This document shows, in pieces, positions 52,830 to 64,000 of a stretch of 64,000 nt of DNA. Made by a program: the position numbers and the translations under genes. Origin of the DNA: Camelus dromedarius (lineage: Eukaryota). The stretch's first letter is position 1. Each line of letters opens with the position of its first letter. Location: NCBI RefSeq assembly GCF_036321535.1, contig NC_087436.1, positions 24,058,001 through 24,122,000 on the forward strand, given 5' to 3'. The notes beneath the pieces are model-generated. The model saw only the letters and a list, made by a program, of their open reading frames with translations, was not told the DNA's origin and did no database searches.

Positions 52830-53391
52830 TGTAAGGGAGCAAAATTCACCACCCCAGACATATCTCTTTGGCATGTTGATTATTTCAAGTTGAAAACAAT
52901 CAAGGCCCAAATAACTCAGGAAGAATATTTGAACTTCCCCTAATGGCCTAAAGGATGCAGACAGAGGACCTGTTCCAGGAAGGGAGCATCACCATACGTA
53001 ACTATAGCACGAACTAGGTGTCTAATCAGGGAGGAACCTAGCAAACTCTGTTAAAATTCCTCTCTGGGTCCCACTGTCACTGCATGGCCTGGCAAACATT
53101 TGTTCACCAAACATTTGCTTTTCAATCTCCATGTCAAATGCCTCCCTCCCTTCTGGGGTCCCAAACCACTACTCCCAACATCCTCTTTTGTCTTTAACTG
53201 AAAATGTTATTTAAGGTGAGGGTTTTGGCCACTTTGGTGAGTTACTCAGTTTTCCTGAGTCTCTCCCATGTGTACATGTTATTAAACTTCTGTTTGATTT
53301 TCTCCTGTTCATCTGTCTCATATCAACTTAATTCTTAGACCAAACAAAAGAACCTGGAAGGGTAGAAGGGTATATGTCTTCCTCCCCAGTA
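52830..53391 (+). mobile_element. ERV1-class solo LTR (MER34-like)
   Basis: 'tgtaagggagcaaaattcaccacccc...ctctttggcatgttgattatttc...attaaacttctgtttgattttctcctgtt...cttcctcccc'. Confidence 0.75.
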
Positions 53392-55880
53392 TATGCCTCT
53401 TGCAGGAAGTCCTCCATGCATCCATCTACTCTCTCTGGGTAATGGATCTATTTCTGCATGGGTGAGTGCCTGTGTTTCTGGGTGGCTCTCTGTGCATCTG
53501 CGTTTAGGTGTGACAGCAATGTCTTGTGCTTTACTTTGCAAGCCCAACGTGAACACTTACCTCACCGTTTAGGTACATCACGCAGTAGGCATGAGTACAT
53601 GCGCGTACCTGGGTGTTGAAACTATCTACATGCTCTGGCTATCACAAGTCCTCTGGGAGCCCTTTGAGGACTGCTGGCTCCCCTGAAGTGATAATCTGTT
53701 TAAACCAGATGACAGTGGAGTCAAGGGAGAATCTAGAAGACAGGGCTGGACTCAGACCCCAGAGAATTGGTCATTCGCTGAGCCATGGAAAAAAGAAGGG
53801 AAAGAGTTAATGTGAGTGCTGGCAAGTCTCAGAAGACTATTTTGCTCACAAAAACTGAAAATAGCATGTGGAAGTAGGACATTTGTGCTTTATGGAAAAG
53901 AATTAAAGGATATTTTGTAACAAAATGCTGTTAGGAGTGAAGGGGACCTCTACAGACCCACGTGGGCCCACAGCACTATGGCCCCAAAGGGTCATTTTTA
54001 GTTCATGAAACATAATAAAGTTAATTTCCTAAAAATGAAGATTTTCCCCAATCTGCCTGTGTAAAACGGATGTTCTTAGTTACAGACTTCCCTATCAACA
54101 ATAGAATAACAAATTATTTCCTTTAGGCAGCAGCACTGTGGAACTCTCACAGACACTGGAGCTCCCAATAATTTTCCCATGAGACCTGGGAAATCTTGTG
54201 AATGGAGCAGTAAGGCAAGGGTGCGAAGCTGCCGTTGTGCTGGCTGTTCTGACCTTAAGACCTCAGGTGTCAATGTACTGGACTTACTGAACCACCACCT
54301 CTGGCTCTGCCCTCCCGCCCTCCTTCCCTCTGGGACTGGGCTTTGCATTCTCAAGAGTGCTGAACGTGTCTTGAATTGCACCTTTCCTTTGGAAAAAAAA
54401 AAATCATCCCCATGTATTAATTGCCTCCTGTGACACAGTCATATTACATCAGAGCTGCTGCTTGTCCACACGGTACTTTCATGAAAATTAGAAAAGGCAT
54501 CCCTTACACTTTATCATCAGCTATTAAAATTTTATCTTAATACACTGATTTTTTTTTTAAGCCATCTGCAGGAGAATTGTCTGTGATGTCTAGGATGTGA
54601 CTGGTGCCCTTTTAGAGTTAAGAGCCCAGGCCCTAGAACCCAGCAACTTGGATTCAAACTCTCGCTCTCCCCCTTCCCGCAAAGTGCTGCGCTCTTCTGA
54701 ACACTAGGTTTCCCCTGTTTCTAAAACGGGGATAATACACCTAACAATCAAGCTTGTTTTGAGGGGAATTAACTGAAATGATGTGTGTAAAGCACTTAGA
54801 GGCTTGTTAAATAGTATGGGTTGTACAAAAAAGGACAGGAACACCCATAGTAGCCACACACATGGTGTAAATGAAGAATAGGATTTACTGGGGGGAAACT
54901 TACAAGCATAGAAGTAACGAGCGCTCGTGAGGCTCTGAGATCCCATTATCCCCCAGAGAGGCGTGTGGGACTCAGCGTAGGAGGCAGACACGTCAGGGAA
55001 AGACTCCAGGAGAGAAGCTCAATGCCTCTAGTGCTCTACGCACATTTAGAGGAAGAAGCGTGGGGACATTCAGATAACCGTGTAGTAATGGGGCTTCCTG
55101 AGCCATGAAACAGCCAGCTTTGCCTCCAGCATCAGCCTCTTCCTCCCTCAGCTACTGACCAACTGAGCTGGCTCCTTGCTATGAAAGAGAGGAAATGAGC
55201 TGCCAGGGCCATGTGGTTTTCTCTCCTCTGAGGGTGTCACACAAGAAAACATGTGAGGAAACAGGCATTTGCTGCCCAGGGCCAGGGTTGAACGCAGCTT
55301 TTCCAGTAGCCAAGGCCAGGGATCTTTCCATTTGGCCGTGCTGCTTCTACTAACAAGTCAGCCCAAAAATCCTTCAGCCAGTTTAATTGAAACTAATTCC
55401 AAATCTCTTAAAGTCATAAATTGAAAAGGACATGAGAGATAACGTAATTCCATCTGACATTTGCAGACAAAAGTGAGACTCAAAATGGGTGGTTGATTGG
55501 GTTACCAGCTGAAGCTGCAGGGTCAGGATTTGAACCTTCATCTTCCAAATCCCATTTCCTCCTAACCTGCAATTTAACCTTGTTTAGCACACAAGTCACG
55601 GTGATCCCGTTAAAAAGGGCTTTATGGCTTTGATCCACAAGGGTCTGAGGAAAAGACCTCAGCCTCCAGAGCAAACCAAGAGAGCAAGGCCAGCCAAAGA
55701 TGACTGATTGATTTTCTTCAAATCCTTGGAATTTCTGCAAATAAGAAAGGAAAGCTAGATAATTTAGCAAATAATGACCAAGAGAACATATTGATTAACA
55801 TCTATGAGATGTATGTAAAGATTTGTTCAGAGGAAAAGTCGTAATCTTAAAACATTTTTAATGTAAGAGTGAATGTGAAG

Positions 55881-55989
55881 AAAAAGAATATTAAAATGAA
55901 TATATATATATGTTTATGTATGACTGAAACATTATGCTGTACCCCAGAAATTGACACATTGTAACTGACTATACTTCAATTTAAAAAAA
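55881..55989 (+). mobile_element. Very short L1 3' tail
   Basis: TSD AAGAGTGAATGTGAAG/AAGAATGAATGTGAAG. Confidence 0.85.
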
Positions 55990-56115
55990 AAGAATGAATG
56001 TGAAGGAAATGACTATTCAATTCAAGATTTTTTTAAATTAATTTTTTAAATCTAGGGGAAGTAAAATTTAAAATGAAAGCGGAATATAATGAAGTTGAAA
56101 ACAAAATCAGTGGAC

Positions 56116-56202
56116 CCCCTCCAAGTACCTCCATTATAAACAAACAAACCTAATTACCCTTCCCCCCAAAAATAAATAAATAAATATATTTTTAAAAAAC
56201 CA
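56116..56202 (+). mobile_element. 5'-truncated Vic-1-like SINE
   Basis: Only 'gtacctccatt...aaacctaattacc' plus tail; 18-bp TSD AAAACAAAATC(A/G)GTGGAC. Confidence 0.85.
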
Positions 56203-56411
56203 AAAACAAAATCGGTGGACTTGCTTGTTGGGAGCCAGTGCTCCCTGGGTCTCCTGAATTTCTGCACATCTCAGTAGCAGGCACACTGGCTGCTTTTGCT
56301 CTACCCCATCTTTTCAAGTTGGTGTGTGGAGCAAATAGCTTGACAAGCTAGAGAGAGTACCTCTGTCCAGAGGGCAGGCATTCTTACTTTCCATTATAAA
56401 CAAGTTCGCAG

Positions 56412-57130
56412 TTTGTCTTGTGTTGCTGATGGTTTCTTTTGCTATGCAAAAGCTTGTGTAAGTTTGATTAGGTCCCATTTGTTTATTTTCACTTGTATTT
56501 CTTTTGCTTTGGGAGACAGACCCAAGAAAACATTGCTACAATTTATATCACAGAATGTTTTGCTTATGTTCTCTTCTAGGAGTTTCATAGTGTAAACGTC
56601 TGTAAGCCATTTTGAGTTTATTTTTGTGTATGGTGTGAGGGAATAGTCTAACTTCATTGATTTGCATGCTGCTGTCCAGTTTTCCCAACACCACTTGCCC
56701 AAGAGACTAGTCTTTTCTCCACTGTATATTCTTGCCTCCTTTGTCAAAGATTAATGGACCATAGGTCTGTGGGTTTATTTCTGGGCTCTCTATTCTGTTT
56801 CACTGATCCATATGTCTGTTTTTGTGCAAATACCACACAGTTTTGACTACTGTAGACCTGTAGTATTGTCTGAAGTCTGGAAGGGTTATGCCTCCAGCTT
56901 TGCTCTTTTTCCTCAGGATTGCTTTGGCAATTTTGCGTCTTTCATGGTTTCATATACATTTTAGGATTATTTGTTCCAGTTTTGTGAAAAATGTCCTGGG
57001 TAATTTGATAGGGATTAAATTAACAGAATCACTTTGCTGTATACCAGAAACTAACACAACATTGTGAATTAACTAAACTTCAATTAAAAATAAATAAGTA
57101 AATAATTTTTTTTTAATTTTTAAATAAAAA
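56412..57130. mobile_element. L1 with inverted 5' segment (56412-57020 minus ORF2; 57022-57130 plus 3' tail)
   Basis: Minus-strand ORF2 remnant ([12 protein letters not shown]...[10 protein letters not shown]) directly abuts a plus-strand L1 terminus with A-rich tail. Confidence 0.8.
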
Positions 57131-57371
57131 ATTCAAGATCACTCAACTTTGGATCCAGATCCTCTCCTCCAACCCACTACGTGAGCAGGCATCACATGGC
57201 CTCCAGAGGTGGGAAGTGGTGAAAATACTGATGTTCTAGCTCTCTCGGACCGGGGAGGCTTGCGTGTTCTGCGAGCAGATTCACTAGCTTGTTAGTTTTC
57301 AAATAGGATAAAATCTCAGATTCTTTGCAGGTCTTCATATTGATAAAGAAGTCCATAGCTGGCTCATTGTA

Positions 57372-57540
57372 GAAAGAAAGAAAAGAAATAAAGAAATAAA
57401 GAAGTAAAGAAAGAAAGAGAGAAAGAGAGAAAGAAAGGAAGGAAGGAAGGAAGGAAGGAAGGAAGGAAGGAAGGAAGGAAGGAAGGAAGGGAGGGAAGGA
57501 AGGAAGGAAGAAAGAAAGAAAACAAAACAAAAAAAAACCA
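57372..57540. repeat. (GAAA)n/(GAAG)n polypurine microsatellite
   Basis: Long near-pure purine tract including a (GAAG)n array at ~57437-57508. Confidence 0.95.
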
Positions 57541-58229
57541 GAAACAATAATAAATAATCCATTAAGCTAGCCTAATCAAGAAAAAGGGAAAAATACAAAT
57601 AAAGGTAGGAATTAGAAAATGGACTAATATACATATATAGGAATCTGTAATTCTTTTTTTAACTTTACTTATGTATTTATTGAGGTATATTTGACATATA
57701 ACACTATATTAGTTTCAGGTGTACAAAATAATGATTCCGTATTTGTATATAGGAAATTAAAATTTTTATAAAAGAATCACTTGTACAAATATGTGCTCCT
57801 ATTTTCAAAGTCTGAGCAAAATGGATTTTTTTTTAGGAAAATGTACATCAAAATTCATTCAAAAGGAAGCAGAAAACCTAAACAGGCCCATCTTGTATAA
57901 GAAACTGAAAGGCCAACGCTGAGGTCTTTGTCTACCCGGCAGATCAGCCATGTTCCTGTGGTGCCTGTCTGCTGGCTTTTCCCTGGCTCTCCATCAAAGG
58001 CGGATGCTTAGAGTTAAAAGTGGAGGTCAAATCTGCCAGCTTTGACTCCAAACATGACGATGTGATAAAATGACCTAATAAATCGCAGGTTTTCACTGGA
58101 GAAAGAAGAGAGATGTGGGGCCAACTGACATCCTTCCAAGTCCAACGACCCTCATTCCTGGGCTCTCAGATGTCTGCCTGAGATCCCTCAACAAATAAAG
58201 TACACTCTTTAATGGTCATGTTCGCCCTA

Positions 58230-58590
58230 ACAAGCGAACAGCCCTAGGTAATGTCTAATCTCACGGTAACTCAGGCTGGTTTGTTTCAGCCCACCTTATC
58301 AGAGTCATACACCCCACCACCTTGCATGGACCCTAAACTTCTTACCTCACCTACAACCAATCAGAGAACTGTGCACACATGCAGCCCCCAACCCACTGTG
58401 GTCACCAACCCCTTACCCAGAAAAGACCTCAACAGCCAACCCTCGGGGCTCCCTCGGGCACTTCTCGTCTGTGTGGCCCACTGTTGTCAATGGCAGCGTA
58501 ATGTAATAAAAACTCTTTCTATTTTTGTCCTTTACCTTTGGTAAATTCTTTTACCACCTGCACACCGGCCTGCCATGTCCCCCAACAAGA
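58230..58590 (+). mobile_element. ERV1-class LTR 3' part
   Basis: CCAAT box 'aaccaatcag', AATAAA at ~58505, 'ggtaaattcttttaccacc'. Confidence 0.55.
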
Positions 58591-58849
58591 GAGAGGGGGG
58601 GAAAGAGTTTTTATTTTTAAATAGTACACACACATTTCCTATGAGCCTTATCTTTTAAATCTTATGCCATTTTATTTATAAAATAACACATTTGCTCTGG
58701 AAATGCCGACTCAGAAGCGACTAATTCTGATTGCACAAGGACTGCAAGATCGCCAGAGAGAGTCTTTTGGTGCGTGTCAGTGCCTATCTTTGGTTCAGTC
58801 TGCTGCCCTGCATTGTGGCCCTGCCCAGTACACCCCACCCATCCTAATA

Positions 58850-59030
58850 AAGCCGTGGTTCTCCAACCTGCCCTTTAGCATTACCCAAGAACTTGTTAGA
58901 AATGCACTTTCTTGGGCTCCACCCCAGATCCACTGATTCACAAACTCTGGGGGTGGTGCCCAGCAATCTGTGCTTTAACAACCCCCTCCGGGTGATTGTG
59001 ATGCACAGTCAAGTTTGAGAAGTACTGTAA
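58850..59030. mobile_element. MER5A
   Basis: 'gtggttctccaac...acttgttagaaatgcac...ggtgattgtgatgcac..aagtttgagaagtactg'. Confidence 0.8.
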
Positions 59031-59112
59031 CAGACCTCATTCATGTCATCAAATTTAGCATCTAGCAGAGCCCACTTCCTATTGCTTGCATCCAAACTAC
59101 TCAGAAGGAAAA

Positions 59113-59224
59113 AATTCCATTCCTTTGCAGCCCCTCTCTCGCTATAAATAGTGAACACTTGCTCACCAGCAGCTGGAGTTCCGGCCCGTCCTGGTTGGAG
59201 CGCTCCATCTCCACCAGACAGCTG
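59113..59224 (+). promoter_or_regulatory. Putative striated-muscle enhancer/promoter module
   Basis: CATTCCT (M-CAT/TEAD) 59118-59124; CTATAAATAG (MEF2, TATA-like) 59142-59151; CAGCTG at 59170-59175 and 59219-59224. Confidence 0.55.
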
Positions 59225-59735
59225 CGGCAGAGTTCCGAGAGCTGGAAGAACAAGGCTATTCAGACGTGCTGGGGAAAATTCGACCATTTTTTAGGTCTTG
59301 TCCAATAAAGTCATAAAGCAGTTTTGCAGTAGAAGGTTAGGAAAGTGAGGGCTGCCCCACTTTTTTTTTTTTTTAATGAGGAAAGTTAAGATGGAACTAA
59401 TACCTAGCTACAGACCCTAATCCTAACCAAATGTAGGATTTAAAGATATAAATCTGACGCAAGATCTAAGGCTGAGGCAACAAAACTGGAAGGACCAGAA
59501 ACCCGCAACCTCGCCCTGTCTCGCTTACTGATTCACCACGTGACCTTGGGAACATTACTTAAGCTTTTAATTCTTTACTATTCCTGAGTATGAAATATGA
59601 GAGATAATAACCCCTACTTCCCTCATCACCAGCTACTGGGTAGGTTCATTCCATGATCTAGAAAAGAGCCACAGGCAGAGCTGGCCGGAAAGTACCACAG
59701 CCATCTCACCCACCTCCTCCCAAACTCAGCATGAG

Positions 59736-60378
59736 TGAAACAGCAGGTCCCTGCAGGGCCCTCCGGGGCACAAATCCTTCCTGTGTTCCCTGTTTCTTGT
59801 CTGTAGGAAAGGGGCTTCATTCAGCATCCTTGACATACCCTGAGCCCCACAGCCCTGCCTGAGTCCTTTCCAGGGAAGAGGGAGTATGCCCTCAAGGTGT
59901 CAGCGGATAGAGATCCCTAAATTAGGGGTTCCATGAAAGTGTGGGTCCCTGCCGGCTGTGGCACTTTTGCTAATCAGGGAAGGGAGGGGATGCAACATTC
60001 AGGAAACAATAGTGCAGCCTTGGGGCAAGGTCCTGATTCCTCCTCAAGGATTATACATAACAGTATCTTTGAGTTCTGCTGCAGGAACCAAGGTCCCCAC
60101 CCCGGTGGAGGATGGTAACTTCAGGCTGAGCACTGACTCCTGGACACTGCCCTATTACCTCAGCAGTAACCAGTCAGAAGAAAGTCACACACCCTGCAGC
60201 CCTACCCTCAGATTTTGCCTATGAAAACTTTTCCCCAGAAACCATCAAGGAGTTCAGGTTTTTTGAGTGTGAGCAGCCCATCCTTTGTACTTAGCCCTGC
60301 AATGAACCTTTCTTTTCTGATGTTTTGATTTGTTTGGCCTCATTGTGCATTGGACACATGAACTTTTGTTGGGTAACA
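59736..60378 (+). mobile_element. ERV1-class solo LTR carrying a foreign insert at 59846-59963
   Basis: TG...GGTAACA; its 5' part aligns with the reverse complement of ~63440-63589. Confidence 0.8.
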
Positions 60379-60582
60379 CTAGGACTTTAAAGACCCCCTA
60401 GCTCATACAGATGAATAACCTGAGCTTCTAATGTAGCACCGACACCCCCATCAAGGCAGACTGGGCCACTTCAGCCCTTGGCTTGTCTCTCTGACTCGGT
60501 GGTAGAGTGAGGAGAGGTGGAAGGGTATTTTTCAGGATTCTCTCTTACCCTGTGGCTACCCTGATCAAGTGTTTTGAGCCCA

Positions 60583-61180
60583 ACAAATACCCAGAGAAAA
60601 CTCTAATTCAAAAAGATACATGCACTGCAGTGTTCAAAGCAGCACTATTTACAATAGACAAGACATGGAAGCAACCTAAGTGTCCATCAACAGGTGACTG
60701 GATAAAGATGTGGGACATATATATATAGTGGAATTCTACTCAGCCATAAAAATGTATGAAATAATGCCATTTGCAGCAACATGGATGGACCTAGAGATTA
60801 TCATGCTAAGTGAAATTAGTCAGAAAGAGAAAGACAAATACCATATCACTTAAATGTGGAATCTAAAATATGATACAAATGAGCTTATTTACAAAACAGA
60901 AACAGATTCACAGACATAGAAAACAAACATGGTTACCAAAGAAGGAAAGGGGTGGCAGAGGGATAAATTAGGAGTTTGAGATTAGCAGATAGAAACTACT
61001 GTATATAAAATAGATAAACAACAAGGTCCTACTGTAGAGCACAGGGAACTATAGTCAGTACCCTATAATAAGCCATAATGGAAACATACAAAAAAGAATA
61101 TACATGTATGTGTGTATATAACTGATCACTTTACTGTGCACCAGAAACATTTTAAATCAACTGTATTTTCAATTTTTAAA
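60583..61180 (+). mobile_element. 5'-truncated L1
   Basis: KDTCTAVFKAALFTIDKTWKQPKCP plus 3' UTR; TSD AAGTGTTTTGAGCCCA/AAATGTTTGAGCCCCA. Confidence 0.9.
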
Positions 61181-61929
61181 AAATGTTTGAGCCCCAGATA
61201 GGGGTACATATCTAACAAGCGAAGGGTATCTCTGGGGAAGCTAGGCGGGATTTTCTAAATCAAAGGGCATAGGTTGCATTCCCTGTCACTTCCTGGACAA
61301 TCTCTCCCCAGAACAGGCTCCTCTAAGAGGTTTGTGCTCCACCCCCACCTCCTTCCATCGACAGCTCCCGCAGCACCTGTCTTTTCTTCACAATTCCTTT
61401 ATGCATTCTAAGTGCTCAATACATGTGTGTTAAACGAAAGATGAAAGAGTGAATGGCTTAATTCTTCCCCTTTGAGAGAGTGCTCGACACACATTTTATC
61501 CTACTTTCCCCTGCTTGTTACAGCTGAGATGTGTCCCGTGTTATCCCCACCGCGGACTGCCTGGAGCCACGGCTTCTTGAGGCGTAGGATTTTATCACAA
61601 TGAGCCTTAGTTGTTGTTCAGAGGAGACCTCCTTTTACATAGTACACCGAGGCTCAGAGAGAAGAAATGACCTGGATATGTTTTGTCTAGAAATTTCATT
61701 GTTAATATGCTAAGTGACTGAGTGATAATCACTATATCAAAGGGCTTAGAAACCTTCAGAAGCAAAGCATGGATTTGGGATATAAATAACATCTAGGCCT
61801 TGTCTTTGAGGCATGAAGAGCAGACTCACACATAATTCAGTGTTTACCCCTGTGTTAATACAACTCAACAAACATAGCCGCAGTTACTGAGAGTGAATGA
61901 TAAAGTTTGAAAAATAGGACTGGTGTCTT

Positions 61930-62430
61930 TGAGAAGGGGAGAGGGGGCAGGGCACAGCCACTGAAGGAGTGACACGGCAATTGAGGACAGGACAGATTGG
62001 AACCAGGATGGCAGAGGATTCGACTTTCAGTAGACCTTGAGCCTCACAGCACACCCACAGGCACCGTGGCAGTTCCTAGGCTGACCAAAAAAGGTCAAAA
62101 AGCAGGCAGGGTGAGGGGTTGGGGGCAGTTTCCTGGAAATCCTCACCCCTTCCCCAACATAGTTGGAATAATCCTCCACTCATTAGGGTATAAAATTACC
62201 AAGCCCATAAGAACTGACAACTGCACCTCATAGTCTCTCTCACTCTCACCTTCTGAGCTGGCCCACATTCTGTCCATGGAGTGTGGATCTCCTAAATCAC
62301 TTTCCCTTCTGAGTGAGACGGACCCTACTCTGTCTATGGAGTGCATATCTCTAAATAAACTTGCTTTCATTTTACTATGCCTTGCTCTTGAATTCTCTTC
62401 AGCGAGGCAAGGATCTATTCTCTGGCAACA
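61930..62430 (+). mobile_element. ERV1-class solo LTR
   Basis: TGAGA...GGCAACA; AATAAA at ~62354; TSD TCTT/CCTT; internal imperfect ~55-bp duplication at ~62250-62362. Confidence 0.8.
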
Positions 62431-62516
62431 CCTTCCCACAGCCCTGCCTGAGTCCTTTCCAGGGCTAGAGGCTGCCCCTTCCAACGCCCCAGGGGAGAGG
62501 GAGTGTGCCCTCAAGG

Positions 62517-63589
62517 TGTTACCAGAGACCCCTAAATTCGGAGGCTCATGAAAGTGTGGGTGCTGGCCGCTGGCTGTGGCAGAGGAACAAAGTGAATGGC
62601 TGTTTTATTGCTCAGAAGAGGAAAAGGAGAGAAAGGGCTCGAGCAGGGAGCCGTCAGCCAAGATGGCCGGTCGGGCCACGTGGACTTTTATGGGAGGCTT
62701 CTGCCATCATGTGCTGGTTCCAGGTGCGCTGGAGCCGATTGCCTTTCTTTCCTGTCCTTGTTGTCATGGTGCTGGGGGTGTGTCACTTATTATGCTAATG
62801 CATTACAATGAGTGTATAATGAGGTTCAAGGTCCACTGGAAGTCAAATCCTCCCCCATCTTGGGCTTCGCAGGTTCTAATCAGTTCTTGTCTCTTTTCTT
62901 TGCAGCTGCCTCCTGAGACTAAGGTAAGGATAATTGGTTTCTATTCGAGGGAGGTGCAGGGGTATGATCCTGGGGGCAACAGCCTTGCTAACCAAACAGG
63001 AAAGTTGCTTTTAATCTGAATGCCAGCAATCTGGTGGACCCAGTGTCCCCTAGAAAACCATCTCTGAAGATCCTGCTCAGCCATAAATAAGAGGCAGGGG
63101 TGGGGGTGGGGCCTTAGTTCCTACAGAAAAGCTCAAAGATACTGTTATGTATATTCCTTGAGGAGGAACCAGGACCTTGCCCCACGCCTGCACCGTTTTT
63201 TCTTTTTTTTCTTTTTTTAATATTGAAACTTAGTCAGTTACAATGTGTCAGTTTCTGGTGTACAGCACAGTGTCCCAGTCATGCATATACATACATATAT
63301 TTGTTTTCATATTCTTTTTCATTAAAGGTTATTACAAGATACTGAACATAGTCTCCTGTGCTATACAGAATAAATCTTTTTTTAATCTATTTTTATATGC
63401 AGTGGCTAACATACTCCTCCACTGTCTCTGCATCCCCTCCTTTCCCAGATTAGCAACTGTTTGAATCTGCCCTTTGGAACTCAGGGAGAGTCAAGGAGGC
63501 TGAATGAAGCCTATAAGCTACTAACAAGAAACAGGGAACACAGAATGATTTGTACCAGGGAGGACCCCACAGGATCTTGCTTAGTATCA
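62517..63589 (-). mobile_element. Composite ERV1 LTR unit (probably two LTR types) with an L1 3' tail inserted at ~63196-63410
   Basis: TGTTACC...TATCA bounded by a perfect TSD AAGG (62513-62516 / 63590-63593). Confidence 0.75.
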
Positions 63590-64000
63590 AAGGGTCTCAG
63601 CGTATCCCTTGAGGGAAACAGTCAAGACTTTCACAGCTGTTCTCGGTCTATTACTTGTTGAATCAGTTTATAAGGGAGGCCTTTGGTTTTGTCCATCTTA
63701 GAGATAAAAAGGCTGGGACAGAGCATCCTGTCCCAGTGAACGGATCAGAATTAGGGAAGGGATTCAAAGCTTAAAACGAAGTCCACCCAGCCAGGTGAGC
63801 CTGGGTGGAATTCTAAGATGCAGAAGACTGTCCGGTCTTTGCCGGCTCCCCTTCCTCTGCTCCTACTTTCTTTGTAAACGTTGCCTCCTCAACCTCATGC
63901 CTGCCCGACACCCCAGTATCTGAGTCTTACCCTCTCTGGTCTGGCACCAGGTCCTCTCCAGAGCCAACTCCACCTTTCTACTCTAGGCCTCCCCCTTGAC

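Noticed and set aside
59846..59963. Novel MITE or DGR-like template/variable repeat pair
   Set aside because: The 8-bp inverted ends have no TSDs, differences are not adenine-specific, no RT is nearby, and the segment spans an LTR junction. Kept as a duplication finding instead.
1..64000. CRISPR array, prokaryotic operon or SETD7 coding exons
   Set aside because: No regularly spaced repeat-spacer structure; composition is mammalian and repeat-rich; no SETD7-like peptide or CpG island seen.

Overview
Mammalian genomic DNA, most likely camelid: it carries tRNA-Ala-derived Vic-1-like SINEs and cetartiodactyl-type L1 3' ends. The only supportable protein-coding sequence is coding exon 1 of MGST2 on the minus strand (3823-3880). 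Positions 1-3822 are MGST2 intron 1 and contain a 3'-truncated 5S rRNA retropseudogene. The remaining ~60 kb is repeat-rich upstream intergenic DNA (L1, L2, L3/CR1, MIR, MaLR/ERVL/ERV1 solo LTRs, hAT-Charlie elements); recalled human synteny suggests it runs toward SETD7. The most notable observations are: a compact muscle-type regulatory module (M-CAT, MEF2/TATA, two CAGCTG boxes) at 59.1-59.35 kb; a local duplication of an LTR junction (59846-59963 vs 62435-62581) whose divergence switches exactly at the LTR boundary; three CTCF-like motifs in convergent layout; an L1 with a fold-back inverted 5' end; and a G-quadruplex-prone tract next to the MGST2 splice donor. I found no CRISPR array, intact transposon ORF or novel multi-gene system. 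Repeat family names were assigned by eye and need RepeatMasker confirmation.
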